DNA from: Balanoglossus misakiensis
Lineage: Eukaryota > Animalia > Hemichordata
Length of the DNA stretch: 64,000 nucleotides
Assembly: GCA_040954595.2 (NCBI GenBank)
Contig: CM082578.2
Location: forward strand, 16,600,998-16,664,997
Direction of reading: 5' to 3'
Shown one piece after another: positions 13,501 to 29,400 of the stretch. The first letter of the stretch is position 1. Each line of letters opens with the position of its first letter. Under the pieces are notes generated by a model that worked only from the letters and a program-made list of their open reading frames with translations, did not search any database and had not been told where the DNA came from. A program made the translations under genes and the position numbers.

Positions 13501-15195
13501 TGCTCATTACCCAGCGAGATACTCTTTTCGATGGCAGCACATCGTGCTGGATGAGAGAAAGTTTGAAAATATCTTTCTCATGATGTCAAAAGCTGTGGAA
13601 CTCTTAACACTGGCGTGTCTTGAAATGACTAGTTTTAATTTGAGTCAATAAAAATCCCATATAAACCAACCAAGCGAGGCATATTTTGCAATTAATTTTT
13701 ATGGTTGTTGCCTAAAAATGGGCATAAATTCGTGTTCATTAAGCAAAGATGAAAGCGTCTTGTTGGAAAATTTATGATCAAAAGATTCATAAACACGAAG
13801 GTTTAATATCTTTGACGATGTCATTAGTAAACAACACACTTAGTTGGCACACAAAGTCATCAACCCATTATTCTCTCTGGAGTGAATTCTATTGATAACA
13901 TTTGAAAAACAGTGTTAGTCACGCATGCAGATTTTCAAAGCATAGTCATCTGGGATTAGGAATCCAGAAGGGCGTTTGCGGTCAAGTGTAACTGACAGTG
14001 GCGACAAAGGCAAATGGCTTGGAAAGTTTAGAAATGTTGGTTATGACACACATTCAAAATCTATTTCAGATTTAAGTGCCCAAATTAGTTTGATGAAAAA
14101 AAGGCATCATTTCACTATGCTTAATGAAACCTAGTCACTCCTGCCTGTATCGGATTATTTCTTATTGTGCTTGTGAACTTAGTAATTTTTATCTTGAGAT
14201 ATTTATTTTAAAATTTTGATCATCATGCTATACTAAATGCCATTCTCAACTGCATAAGTGTTGTGATTTGTGATATAAATCAATTACATTTATTCTGATA
14301 TGCCAATGCCCAGTTTATGTCGCCATGTATAATCATAATATTATTAAATCTTATTATTTCATCTTCTGAAATATGATCATATAAAATCTGCCTATGACAT
14401 CTTGGCATCTTTGAACTTTTCTCCATTAAGTAATTAATGGATCATTTCAGATACACATACTATCAAGGAAAACTTCACCCAGTATTACATCAGCATTTCA
14501 CCTTTCGGGAAATTATTAATTCTCTTAGTGTGGTTCTTCTAATAAAATACCTATTTCTCCTGAAGATAGTGAAGACAGAAAGCACTTTATTGGAAATATG
14601 TTATACATGTAACAGTTGCTAACATATCAGTCTGTCAACACTCTCAGATCTCAAGCCGCAGAGACTTGGATGCTCTTGTAGGATTGGCTCATTGTCATAA
14701 ATATTCATAAAGTGCAAAGGGGTTATTGGCTGGGTCAAAGTAGTGAGGTCTGGTTAATAATTAGGTATGCTTGGCCGCGAGACAGTTATGTCAAACACGA
14801 CCAACATTTATTCCTCCGCAAGCAAACCACAAAAATCAAAAGCTGTTCATGTGTGAGTCACTTCAAAACATGGACTATCCAACCGAGATAATGTCCCTGA
14901 AGTCGATGTCGACACTCACAGTTTCACCTCTGTTTCGTTCTTAACATTACAACTGACGATTTCACCCTGCCACACATTTTATTCCAGTCACGTGGGTAAT
15001 TTATAGACATTGGAACGTGTCAATATGAACCAATTATTGAATCTTACCTGTGTCTATAAAATTATATTTGCACTCTTTAAAATATTCTCATAAATGTAAA
15101 TATTTCATTGTGGAGTATGTTCACGTATCTTCACGAGTGAATATTAGTTTGATCAGAGAGCTATGATGAAGAAAATAAAAAATCAATAAAGATCT

Positions 15196-15254
15196 GATAG
15201 ATTGACAGATAGAGTTAGAGAGATAGATAGATAGATAGATAGGTAGGTAGGGAG
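15196..15254. repeat. (GATA)n/(GGTA)n microsatellite
   Basis: agatagatagatagatagataggtaggtag. Confidence 0.9.
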
Positions 15255-17895
15255 GTGATTTATTGTTTACTCTGAAGTCACTTTTGTCATGTGTCCCTGT
15301 TTCTCATCTCAAACTCCCAATGCATTCACAAAAACATGACGTTTTACATTTCCGTATCACACATGCGCACTGCTAAGAGAAAACAAAGTGAATATTTGGA
15401 TTTGCCATTCTTTACAGATTGTGGTGTGAAATCAATTTTCCAAATAGGTCCTTGGTGTCGTAAAATCTCAAATTAAATTGAGTTAGAATGAGAAAAGAGT
15501 GCGTGATATACTATGACAAACCAAGGAAATGGATACCCAGTTGAAAGAAGCTGCATGTATTTTTTACTGTAGGCAGAAAGCATAGTCATTAGCATTGTGC
15601 AATGTTCATTAAAGTTTAGAGAAGAATGTTTTCCCCTTGCCTGATGATGTATTTACTATGTCCCAAACGTAATGCTATTCTCTTCGCCTTCGTGAAACGT
15701 GCTTATTCGGCAAACGTCAAACTACTTCTTTATGCTGAGCTTACATGCAGTATATGAACAACACATTTACTGTGGAAATTTGGCTACTTCGCTTGTGTAC
15801 ATATTTCAAATTTGGACAGTTAATGTTTCCTTGAATAAGCACACGTCACCTTCTCAATGGGTATTGCATCTACACTGTGATTATTTTCTGTCATAAACTT
15901 CCATTTTATTTTGTGATAAAGAACATGGTTTTTTTTCTGGGTGCCTGACACAAAATCAACCTTTCACAAAAAACTGTTGAAAGTGGAAAAGTGTGCCCAC
16001 TTTGCCCAAAATTAAGGAAAACAAGTTATGAAAGAATATCGCAGTCTTATTTTGACAGGAAAAACTGGCTTTCAAAGAGTTAATGGCCATTCATCAGCCA
16101 GCACCGGCTTGGGGAAATCACATGGGATGACAATGTCAATTCTCCCGAAGTCGTAAAAAAAATAAAATTCAACGTATCTGGTTAGTTGGACTATCACTCT
16201 AGTCTTTACAAACGCATCCATCACGTCATTAACCCTGCCACAGATGTCTTTTTTGCACATCTGTCATTGCACACTTCACGTCGAAAATTAGTTTTTGGGC
16301 TTTGTGGCAATACTGATAATCCATGCAGAACCAAGTGTCTATATTAAATAAATATATATATATATATAAATAAATAAATAATTTTCGGTATGTATTTGTA
16401 AAAGTGATAACAATATTTAAAGCCCCATAAGCAGAGAACATCAGCACGATGTGTATTATGAAAAGCCCATGCATAACAAATGAACCAGAAATGCTCCCTG
16501 TTTTAATTTTACATAAATGACTTTTATTAACTATAAATGACATAACTGGTAAACTCTGATGTGATATCCAGAGATATTGACAGCCTCAGAAATTGCCCAC
16601 TCGAAGTATATTTATACAATCAATCCAGTAAACAAAAGTATCAGATCTCCCACTTCTCTGTTGAATTACCAACGACAGAATTATTCATTTCTCCAATGGG
16701 TGGAAAGAAGCCAAGAATTACTCTGTATTGATGGGAATCTATCTAGACGAAGCAATCTCACTAGAGAGACACGCCAGTTCGTTTTTCACACTTATGAAGG
16801 GATTACGCTGCAATATATTTCGCACGAAAGAATTCTCCAATGCGCAAGTTAATATCTGATTGTGACTATAACGAGTTTGCTTTAGCTGTATGGCGTTAAC
16901 GACTGCGAAATGAGTCCTGGGCAAAGCAATCTTCATGCAGACCAGATGAACTGGCCATGCATCTCCTCCACATTCTTGCGTCGTCACGCATTTCACGCCA
17001 TGCTGCCTGTTCTATTTACACAATTGACTTGTCAAACTTCTGCACACTTCAAAGTGCAAATTTATGTTACGCTGTATTTAACAACGCAAAGAGAAATCAT
17101 TCGAAGAGAAATCGTTTGGAGCGCTGTCTTCGAACAGCACAAGAAGCTAATCCCGCCTCGAACAGGGAATGAATTTCCTGTTATCGTCTACAACATTGAA
17201 ATATTCAACTGTATAGACACTGTGGGTATCAGAATGAAATACTTTAATAGAAGATGGCAATCACTGACTCACCAATTCTGTGGTTGGAAACAGCTCAAAT
17301 TTTCAACAGCTTGGACCATACCATCAACCTCTCTTCACATCTTTACACATACCGTGATTTATTTTAAAGTTCATGACTGAAATACAACTTTATAATTCTG
17401 CCTTAACCTCCACACAATCGACAAGCTCATAATACAAGATAAACAGACCTTTGTCCCCAAGGAAAGTATCTTGCATGACATTATCAATTTCGCGCGGGAA
17501 ATTCCATTGCTTCCGTGACCTCTAGTCAACATTGATTTACAACACGGGTATAGGCCTTGAAACACTATTATGCCCGAACACGTTCGATCCGGGATTGAAT
17601 TGGCATCCACTATTAACACTGTCATTTTAGCAATTGATTTAGCTAAAATGTCTTGCACGCAAATCAATAAGGACACGACAATTAGAAGAATACCAAAGAA
17701 ATGTATCTGTGTATATACCGGTATACTTAGTAACTTTGGTCACGTTAGGAAAGATGTCGTTTGTTGACACCAAACTAATTTGATTTTAAAAACATGTTTA
17801 TACCAGACCGATATAAAGTACCAAATGCATGTCATGCAGTTCGCTGGCACAGGTTTCACCAGTGGTGGTATATGGTGATTGGTTCAATTTTTATT

Positions 17896-17918
17896 GGGGG
17901 GGGGGGGGGGGGGGGGGG
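17896..17918. repeat. Poly-G tract (23 G)
   Basis: Homopolymer run; shorter G runs at 21207-21219 and 40201-40212. Confidence 0.95.
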
Positions 17919-20900
17919 CTGGTGAGGTAAAGTTTGTTTTCTTGCCAGCATTTTGAGTCAAGCCCAGATCGAGCGAGTGCTTTTGTCAAGATGCATATTG
18001 TTTCATTTGCATATGGTGTTGCTTTGGTTACAAGTGACCAACTGACGTTGGATGTTTGTCCCCTTTGTTTCAGTTTCCAGGTGTATTTCCAAATATCAAC
18101 AGCGATTGTAACATCTTCAACACTGAGTCAGAAAGAGTTCCTTCTTTTAAACAAACAGTTTCATGTAGTTGTCTCGTTTACACACGACTTTCAAGACATT
18201 TTCTTGTCAGTGTTAGTATAAGGCTCTTGTCAGTTCATCTTTGCAATGACATTACAACCCACAGCCTCAGCGTGCATAGTCTGCGATTAAAACTCAGAAA
18301 GACGGATCGTAAAGAGTCCAAGACGCTGTGCACTGACATTAGTTTGATTAATTCTGCTCTGCATGAGAAGGTAAATATATGTCTTCTATTTGCGGAAATA
18401 TGTTGAATGATCGGTTGCGAGAGCTCCTTTCTCACGATTATTGGGCCATTAGTTGCCCAACCCTCGAGACATAGTCTCGTTCCCTGCGGCGTGTTGATAT
18501 GACCTGCCAGTAGACATACAGGCGCGCTTTTCTGTAGACGTGGTATTAAAATATTCTGATGTAGTACTTAGTGCGTACCGGAAAATGTTAATTAAGTGTT
18601 TACCGGCAATGCATGTACCGGTACCTGCATGGGTGTGAGGTGCCCAGGGCTTCGATAGAAGACAAGTCAGGAACTGACACAACATAATGAATAACGCATT
18701 ACTAGTAATGTAATGGAGTAAAAAAAAAGGATCAGATATAAGATCTCACAAGACAGGACCTTGCAATGTTTCAATGAAAACTGATAATGTGATGGCGACA
18801 GACAAGTGTCATCTACTCAGTGATAGAGTATGCCCGGGTATTGCAAGAATCTCACCGATTCAGGAACGCATATTGCCAACATTGTGTGTTACAATTTATA
18901 TGCAAAACAACATTCATTATCGGCATTAACCGCATATACTGAGGTTTTAGATTTCATATCCAGCGTGACACTGAGTTAATGACCCGTCTAACGTGTTTAT
19001 GTTGATATATGCCAATTTTAACAGCGTCCTTATACATGTATCGGAATCTACTTATTGCAATTCCTTTATGTTAATATCACTGATATGGGCGAAGTACAAA
19101 TAAATCTTTTGAAATAAAATAAGATACATCATCATTACCACAATCACCACCGCCGTCGACCCAATGTTAGGATTTTTGGTACTCCAGCGTGACAGCAGCA
19201 AACGTAGACTGCGACTGTATTAATTAAGGTCTTAAGAAATTACACAATGTTGAAAACAACATAGTAGTATTTTAAGGTAGTTCATTATGGACAGCTCCCA
19301 TGGCATATTCCAGACCTTGAAGGTCTCGAAACTCACTTTCCTCCGATGGGCAACTGTGTCCGGAGGCTTGAACCCACCACCCTCTGTTATTCAGTTCGGT
19401 ATCCGCACCATCGGACTTCAAGATCTCCTGGTGTGAATTCATCTGTTGCGGCTTTTATTAGCAATATAATTTACCCACACCGGCCTGCATATGCTAATTT
19501 AATCAGGTGGAATAAAATATAGTCTTGATTTCATCACGTCAGTCATGATAAACATTTAATAAGGAGTTGTTTTACATTATTTTTATTCCTGTATCAGTAT
19601 AATTGCTTCACACCAGCACAGACAGGCAAGGGTATTAAACACAATCAGAATAATTCATGTTCATCAGTCTTTTAGAGCATGCGCAAACACAACGGCCAAT
19701 GAATAACAAACCATTCTCACACGATTGCCGTCAGCTTTTAAGTACCTGCACACACAAGCAATGACTTACAACATCAAAGTGAAATGGAAATGAAATAGTG
19801 ACTCTCCTTTCCGTCAACACAATCAGAAGCTGTCTAGGAACGTGGAAGTGGTTTTTGGTGTCGACGATATATCCACATATACTTGATAGGAAAGACATAT
19901 TGCCGATGGGAAAGATATTGTATTCCCTTGCGGTAAGTTCAATATCATATGTGTATGATAGATGAGCTGTCTATTTCAACTGATCAACTTTTGAACACAT
20001 GGAGATACGTCAAATGAATTCCCAATGCATATGGAATGTGACTGTCATTTGAAGTCATTAGCACACTCAGGTTCATTAATGTTCTTAATTATAAGAGTAG
20101 TGGCTAAAATATGTTGGCAACAGATTCCGATAAATTGACAGTTGAAACACGAGTGCTCATAAATGACAAAAAAATAAAAAACAACACTATAGAATTCTGC
20201 ACATTTACAATACGGTCTATAGAACATTGGGTTTGTTCGTTTCCATGCCATTATCAATCACTTTGTCTATTTGTACTCCTTCTGCATCGTCTACTTTGGT
20301 TGAATTTCGCAGCTGCGTGTTCTCGCACATATGTTGCTGCAATGACTTCTCAGATTCTCAGAGTCTGCTTCATACCATGTGGTGAGCTCCAGCAGCTTGC
20401 AGAATTAACACTGTCAGAGGCTGACGACTTAATCAGGGACACAGTGGTTGTATAATCAGCCTGGCAAGGAAATCAGGTCACAGCGCTTTAATTGAGACTG
20501 TGAAAAGTGTCCAACATTTGCACGAACAGTTCAACAAAGTCGAAAACAAAGGGAAAAGACTTTAATATTAAAGAGGGGGGGTGGAGATGGCACAATGCCA
20601 AAAAAATAACCACCCTTTGATTTTAAGGTAGCAAGTGCAGTGTCCAAGGCATATCTGTTGGGACGAACGATAGAGCCTCGGCCTGTAGCCTCTTTACTAC
20701 AACCAAACGCTCTGATACACCGTGCACATCTTTCAAGCTTATCCAGTTCCCTCATTTATACGTACGTGTGCATCAACGGATATAAGGTTGTCCTCATGCG
20801 TCACAATTTTAAACCACAGAGTAATTAAACAGAACAGTACAATTCTGAACAGAATTTCTAAATGACCACACATTGTATACGGTAGCTTAACCGAAAACCA

Positions 20901-23368
20901 GTGAAATGTGAAATGTCATGACATTTAATGATGTAATGGTCCCTGACATAGTCAGTTATACAAATTCTCAAAGCACTGAGCATAACACCTGTCCACATTC
21001 TGTATGTACTATGCGTACATGTAGATAGTTTTGCTTGAAAGGCCACACTGAAGAAGCGAAGGCAATTAATGATGAACCATTCTGATGTGCTGCCAGCACA
21101 CCTTTTGAGGCGCTGCTCTCTAAACTTTGGAAACAGCTTGTCGCGAGCTATTTGCTTAAAGTACATTACAAAGCACCAGAGGTAGTTAGAGTAAAGTAAT
21201 GATGCAGGGGGGGGGGGGGCCTTAGAAACATTTATTTTTTAGATCGTGGTCATATTCTTTTGACGAGGAAAAGTGTGAGTCATCTGCTAGACATTAACAA
21301 ATGTAAAACTGTTGGCTTTCATTGAAATCAAAATATACTTTGTGAATCGCTTTGATTGTTGATGCCGGGTTGCTATAGTGTTAACAACTGTTCCAACTCC
21401 TATTTATTCATGGCAACAGCCTTTTTGTATGAAAAATCAATGAATCTCGATTTATAGTGCAATAATGATCCAAAATTGCTTTGTTCGCATAAGTGTGAAG
21501 ATCTTTGTGACTGACAAAAGTTACTGGCGGCATTCCAAGGCTCTTAAAGCACTCGATTTTATGTGTGTATCTAATTTCCATTGGCTATTTTGTAAATTGA
21601 AAACACCAAGGACAATGTTGCGGATATTTGGGGTTGTTTGTATTTGGGCACGCTATTAAGCTTTTTTCTCTGAGGTTTGTTGAAAGGTGATGTACACACT
21701 TTCTGGATTCAAAGGAGACTTCACATCAATCAAACTTGAACTGCAAGAAGCGCTGCTCAAAATGCTGTAGTTTTAAGATCCGGAAGCATGGAGTCCAAGC
21801 AGGTCCAATAATCGTTATCATTCAAGGTATAAGAACATTAACAGTTCCGAAATGCAAATGAAACGGTAATAGAAATAGGGCCACGGTGAACTACTGATAT
21901 AAGTGGTGGTGTGCCCTATATTGAAATGGGTAATTGTATCTTGATAGCGCGCTGCATGCATACAAGATTGACCCAAAATTGCAAAACAGAGTAGCTATCC
22001 TGTATAGCGACCGAGTCAATCTTGTGAGAGAGTCGTACGTAGCCAGGAATGCAATAATCACTCACTATTTGAGTAAAAGACATGCTGTTACTATACCGTA
22101 CAACACTTTGAATGATCTCGATTATCTACTTTGAGGGAACGCCTGCCTCACTGAGTTTATTGTTGGTGAGCCGTGTCCTACTCGAAAGTCTTCATATGAA
22201 TTACACGCTGTGCGGTATACCTTAGGAGTTGTGACATGCATACTACACAAGCTGAACAACAACAGTTTACACGTTCGCAATTTTCTTGTGATTGTCAATA
22301 ATTACTTGCAAAGTACAGCGGCTGTTTGTGACGTATCAAAAGAACGATGACGACAGCTTCACAACACTGGGACATGAAAAGGAAGAATCCCTGATCATTG
22401 ATGATGTGAATGTCAAGGATATGTGTTAAACCCGTGAAATACGACATTTGTGGCAGATCTTTAGCCGCAAGGTATTTTTGAAAAGTTACAAGAAAAGTTG
22501 GGGACTTTTGTATACGTGTAATTGGACAATCCTCGTGTCAAATTCGTGCCAATTTAGTTGTTAACTGGGGTACACTGATTACTGCCGCAGGAACTGTATT
22601 GCAGAGACGGTTATTGGAGTGAATTTCCTCTCATGGTGATTACAGGAACAACCGGATATGTTTTCAGAAATAAGGCAATTGCAGGCCGATAATGCGTGCT
22701 AAAAGTCAAGTAAAACACGGGGAAAAGTGCAGAACAGATTTGTTTAGCAATATTGATGGCATAATGGCGACCCGGGGCGTTTTTGTACATGCAGTTGTTG
22801 AATATATAGCTACAGTTCGTCTAAAATTAGAATACGAGATTTGAGCGCACTATTGGGACCATACATACTGTACATATCATATAACAAACAGGATATATCT
22901 ATTGGGTTATCTTCAATAACCTAGTGATAAGCAGTGTATCTGAAAGTAAATATTGCTCTATACGTGTGGATATCTCAGAAACCTTGGTAACTACCACAGC
23001 TAGGTGGCAGGATATGTTAAAAAAATCACCGGTCAGAACTTTTGCATATTTTCGTTCAGTAGCATCGTCTTTGTCTCCTTTCATTTCATTTACATCAGAT
23101 AGTTGTTCATGTAGGGATCACAACAAGGCGAAAGACACCTTCTGGATCCCTGGAGACGCTAGATTGATCAGTAGACCTGAGTTCAATGTCAAATTGATAA
23201 GCTTAGGCATCGAGAGGGTCAATGACTATTAGCCATGCATCACTGATAAATGCACTCCTGAATGCCAACCGTGGTTAATAATGGATGAACTTTTGTCGGG
23301 GAAAAACGTCAAGGTTTACTTGTGATGGTTGCTTCGAGGCGGATGTCGATCGTGCATGACTGGCTTTA

Positions 23369-23444
23369 TCAATCAGTCAGTCAGTCAGTCGGTCGGTCGA
23401 TCAGTCAATCAACCAATCAATCAATGAATCAATCAGACAAACAA
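23369..23444. repeat. Compound (TCAG/TCGG/TCAA)n microsatellite
   Basis: tcaatcagtcagtcagtcagtcggtcggtcgatcagtcaatcaaccaatcaatc. Confidence 0.9.
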
Positions 23445-26400
23445 AGACTATTTTCTATAAAAACAGAAAAAGTAATAACTTTTGAGAGGGAAAAGACTTT
23501 CGACAACAAGTCCAAACCCCCTATAATGGATAATGGATATCAATAATTTATATCCAGTACCATCTACATACCGGTAGTATAAAGAGTGTGCTCAAGTTGT
23601 GTTTTTCAGCTGGAAGCTTTAGCTATTATATCAATATCAAGTTCTCCCTGACGTATTATGTTGCAAAACATGTTTACCCATTAAATGTTCAAGCAAACAA
23701 AACAACATGCAACGAGAAAGCGTTTCTTTCATATGTGATATTGTAAGATAACAAGAAGATCCCATTTCAGTTAAATTAGGGAATTAGTAAATCTGTATCT
23801 AGGGCAGAATGTAACAAGACCGCCTGTCCTCGTCACGAGGTTACATTCTGATTAAATTATTCAGATGATCACGCAAGAGTATTTGATAAGAATTGACATT
23901 TGCGTGTCTGAAGATTCAACAACTGTGTCGCTAAAAGGAAGATTGTATTTAATCAGCTATGATTTGTAACAAAGAATTTTTGTGAACCAAGGATGTGTGA
24001 ATTGTATGTAGCCTTCTATAACTAGCTCTCAAAATACACTTTAAGTGAAAGAAAACGATAATACATGTACCTCTTAAGGACATGACAATATCGCGTTTCT
24101 TCCAATGTTTGCTGTTCACTTAAGTGATGTTGACCTTTTGACCCTTGCTGTGACCGGAAAGGTACCGTTATCATGTAACTGTATTATCACTCTGGTTTGG
24201 CTGTCAATCATCCACCACGTGACTCTACCACGCATTCACTGTTGCCAAATAATCACTAGCACTCCGTTCCAAATGGCACACATATTGACATTGAAAGTTA
24301 CAGCCAATATAAGTATGTCAATAGAAGGGTATAAGAAAGTTGACAGGTCCCCATCAGTATTCCCCATAGAGACGTTTAAAGGTGTTTACAGATTCAACAG
24401 TGCGCAAGCTATATTGTATCTAATACTTACGTCTTAAAAACAAAGCTTCTGAATATTTTATTAGGGCCTGGAAACCTTGAAAAGTAAATTCCCGTGTGAC
24501 CCATTTCTGGCTTCGACTAGATCCACCGCCCCTGGAAAACTTAAATTCTACATTATATCACCAGCAGTCTCACTATTGAAAGCCGAAGATATATTTTCTC
24601 AACTATTCCATATATTCAAAACTTAACATAATCCAAACACCCATGTGTCAGGTTTCTGTTGTACGTTTACAGGGTGACAAAGAGTACATTTGTTCCACAT
24701 GAAATCATTTAAAATGACCACCGCATTGCGAATTTCCAGTGAATAACACATAGAATTTGTAGTGGAAACCTTATTCACCCAACTACGTGAACTCAATTCA
24801 GAGTGATTGTGTAATTAGCGAAATTAAACCTTTGCTAAGAAAGTTTGCATTGTGCAATATTGCAAAGTGGTGCATCCTGATAAAGAATAGTTGCTATAGC
24901 TGTCAGTCTTTGCCAACAGGCATTATCCCCACCCATGCATCTAAGTTAGCCGATGACCAAGGGTCGTCGCCAGTTTGCATGGATGATGAATCTCATTTGG
25001 CGTCCTTATCAATTGAAGATCTGTCAATTTGAATGCGAGTTGCGACTCCGATCTTGTGTGAATGTGAATTGCCAGACGGTCGGCTGATGTCGGTCAAGAT
25101 TACATGATTTTTTTCTTGTGAAAATAGATGGATAAGCAGAGGATGTCGACACTTGTCGTAAAACGCGTTCAGTTAACTTGGAAGACGTTGCTATAGAAAT
25201 ATCTCGACCACATGTGGCTAATGACGTGAACGCGGTCCATAAATGCTGTAAATTGTCAAGAGGAATACAATGGACGGTACATGAAAACAGTACATCATGC
25301 ATGCATCTTTGCCCTGGCGTATACACAGTGCTAAGAATAAGAGTATAAACAGAACAGTCTTTGGGAATAACATACTGATCATCTTTGATACAAATTAAGA
25401 AGATAAATAATGCATATGAGCAAGGCAGCTTGCCTAGACCTACTGACAGAAGTAAAACAAACAGACCGGGAGAATAATCATTGTGGCATGTGTCTCCGTA
25501 TGTCCACTATATTGAAAGTACATGTGAACGAAATTGGACACGGGTGACAGTGACCTTCGGCGATGCGTGCTAATTTCGTTTCTGATTACCGTATTGAAAA
25601 TCAGGCCGCTGTTTCTGCAGTATTAAATAACCTATATCCACATGATTAAATTGATGCTATTCGATGTATCAAACAGCATTTGGTTGCAACAACAGTGTCT
25701 TGATCCAGCATGATCTTTATCCAATTCATCTTGCATTTCAACAGCGCTGTTTTAGCTTTTAATCAATAAGCAGTGTAATTATTAGCTAATCTTTGTGTAC
25801 CCTGGCTTTCAAGTGCGGTATTTAAAAAAGTGAGTTTTGCATGAAACCATACAATATATCCGAGAAATTTTTTTTTTCGTATGCACCAAATACTTGGCGA
25901 TACAGATATAACCTTTATATAGCGAAAGTTACAGTATCAAACTTCAAAACTGAGAGGATGACAGTTTTCTTTCTGTATGTTTTAATACGAATAACACAAA
26001 ACCATAATCAACATCAAATGATCACATATCCAATCTTGAGTGGCTACCTAGCTTGAAAGTAATTTAGCACTTGCGATGCAGTTTGAGTTGGAATAAGGGT
26101 GACCCATATCCTGGAACAGAAGTTCCTGGGAAAGGTCTTCTCGGAAGGATTAGCCAAATTACATCCAGAAAAATGCTGACTATTTCCCCAAAGAAAATAC
26201 ATGCTTATACAAAAGAGAGCACAATCTCACAGGACTCGGTGTTGAATACATGCGGTAATGTAGATTCTGGCCCCTCACGACATTGAATTGGAAAAAGGCC
26301 CATTGTTTAAACCTTAATGGGGTCATTTTTGTATCTCCAAACATACAAGTTGAATAAGGTAACGAGGATGCTAACACGCAAAGGCAGACAGCCATTCACA

Positions 26401-29400
26401 CTCTTAGAATGTTAAACCTAGGGTGACAGAACTGAGTATTATTCAAGTGTTAACTGTGGTTTTCTCACTGAAACCCCATAATTTCCCAAGTGTGAAAGAC
26501 TTACATTCACAAAGAAGTGTCCAGACTGAGAGATAAGCTCTAATTACACCCGGCGCGTTTCAACTTTCAGCGGCAACTTAACAACATGTATTATGTAGGT
26601 GAATTTAAGTGACATTTTCCAGCCTTTTCAGTGAAGAAACAATTTACATCATGGACATAAATGTTGATTTAAAAGACTGTGTCCTACATTTGCGATCTAA
26701 GTAAATAATGATTGCCCAGTAACCAAATACAGTAAAAATTCTGCTGAATCTAGCTACATGTCACTCTGAGAGTATTTGCCCTGTGGAAACTACATTGATT
26801 TAAGTTCGGTACTCAAAGTAAAGGATATAAAATCCCTTCTATCTGATCAATGGGTGCATGAAATCTACCGCTAAGAGACAGAATAACCTGACTTTACATG
26901 GAATTCCATCTATAAAGTACATTGGAAATTATTATACATCAAATTGAGTTACAAGAGACCAGGTTGCCCCGAAGATCTCGTTTTTCTTCTACAGATATCG
27001 TACTCTTAGAACTACCGGAGCCGGCAGGCAATATGAAAGATTTCAATGTGCCTTCTAATATATTTGGTATCTCAAAGCCAGCTGGGAATTCACTTTATAT
27101 ATGCCAATTATCCCATCCACTGATTCCTCTAACAGGTGGCAATTTGACGAAGGCACTTTAGGTGCCGACTTCCTTGCTCTGTGAATTGGCAGGATAGGGT
27201 TTGATATAACGGAAAATTATCTTTTCCATCATCATGAACTTGCAGTATTTATTTCGGAATTGATATATGCGGTTCATTTGCACCAGACGTGTTTGCAAAG
27301 GTTTAAATATCATAGGGTATGTTGATACCAACAGAAGCGTTGTTAGTAGCAACTGTTATATAAAATCTTAAAGTAGCAGAAACTACTTCTTTACCATGAA
27401 TACCCATCTGGTCATTTGCAATAGTCCAAGCATTCTGGGGTAGGCTTGTTCATTGAAAGTATTACACATACTGAAAAATCATAAGGGCATTGGGTTTGTC
27501 ACATTCCACGCTTCTAAATTGTTTACCACAAGCATACTATCCCAAGTGTTAAAATTGACACAACTGTGTTGCACAAGGGAAAATCAATTGTGTGCTCAGC
27601 TCCTCTCACTATTTTGATTCGTAAATCATTCCCACAACTGAAAAGGCTACCTTGAATCATGGACGTCATTTTGATTTCCCAGAGGTATCGCCTTTATAAT
27701 TTATACGCACTTGGCACATGAGGTGATGGCCTGACCATCGATGGATGGGGACGGATAGTAATTACAAGACGTGCTATCGCTAAAGCATCATTTCCTCCTG
27801 TAAGACTACTGGTACTGATGGGTGTGATTTACTATCTACTTTAAACTCACAGGAAGTTTGATTATAAAAAACGTGAAGTGGTGATGTTTCTGAAAATAAG
27901 GTTTTCTTCTTTGTTTTCAAAAATTCTCCTCAAACACTGTAATATAGAATTGAAAGGTTTTGAGGGCTAAATCTGCCTCCGAGGCGCCTTCTACCTAAAG
28001 AAGTAAAGTAAGAGAAAAAAAATACAAACGATTACAGGTGCACATGTAGTGTAGGTTAAATTAACCAGTTTAATTGACATAATCGCTGTTTACTTACTGT
28101 GACGGGATATGAAGTGTACAATACACTGATTTTGAAATCAAACCCGCAATTTACGTTGGACAACGAATATCCAATAATCACGTTCCAACAATCTGTCAGT
28201 GACACCACGAGATTTGGGTCAGCTTGAGTGATTGTAGCACCAAAGTGAAAGGTTTAAAGATTGGCGTCAAAGTAGATAGCAGTGCCTCTATTAACATCTG
28301 GGAAAACATATATCAGTCTGTGTCAACTCGTTACTCGTGTAAAGCGTTTGGAGGATTCATACATTTCGACACCAGTGCCCTGTGTGTGCCTTTGCTATGA
28401 CTTGTGCAAAGGCTACTGACATATGTTGACCTAACAAAGCTGAGAGATGATCAGAAACACCACTGTTGATGTCATCTCAGAAAAAACATTGTGTTGCCAA
28501 AGGGAATCTCCGCAAGGAATTCATGTCGAATCACACAACGTATGTAAATCGAGGTTTATGGATACTGGGGCAAAGGGTTTCAGTGGAAAGGAACTGCATG
28601 GAGTAATTATTCCCCATCATCATTCCTGGACCGTTGGGTGGTGTGGCAAGTATATGAAATATAAACACTTGTTCTATTGTAACGTCACGTTTTATCATTT
28701 GATTGTATATAGCCAGAGTTGTGCTAAGTTTCTTGTCTACCCGGTACTCTGTAGCGATGACGAGTCTACTTGCTGTGGCGAAAACAGAAAGACGTGCAAA
28801 GCCAAATTAATGTGTGGTTGTAACTGTCAGTAGACACAATTAACAACATTTCTTGAGCTAATAACATGTACATGACGCATTTACTACCCAGGAGTATCAT
28901 GTGACATGTTAATACAATTAGCTTAACACAATCAGGTTCCAACGGAATAAAATAATGCGAAAAGGTGCATCGGCTTGGTCAGGCTATATGATAGCTTTTC
29001 GACCGAGATAACCGCAGTAGGGCCTGTAAATAGGCACAGTGACACATTATACAGTTCTCTGCTCATAATAGATATTATATTAACCATATTTTACAGCTTA
29101 AACTGCAGTAACAACATCAACGATTATGACGACAACAGTAGCTGACGATACAGTGGATCTTGTACATGTATTCTGCTAAATCAACAATTCCTGACTTTTT
29201 GTCATCAGTAATTAATGTAATTTGCCCTTCGGTCAGCAGAGTGTTTACTTGACATTTGCTCTAAAGTAAAACGAGATCTAGGTTTTTGTACGTCGGGGCA
29301 CCTGGACAGAATTAACAAAGCCCACTGTACAAGGGGTTAACACAATCTTGGATTGTTTCAGACGGACAGACAATTCAAAGACAGACAGGCACAAGAACGG

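Noticed and set aside
16577-18685. Dense set of 60-156 aa ORFs
   Set aside because: No recognisable domains or codon bias, and frames overlap on both strands as expected for random ORFs.
19357-19430. tRNA or tRNA-derived SINE head on the minus strand (B-box GGTTCAAGCC at 19365-19374); similar word near 41608
   Set aside because: No cloverleaf, a weak A-box and no second copy in the window. At most an old SINE relic.
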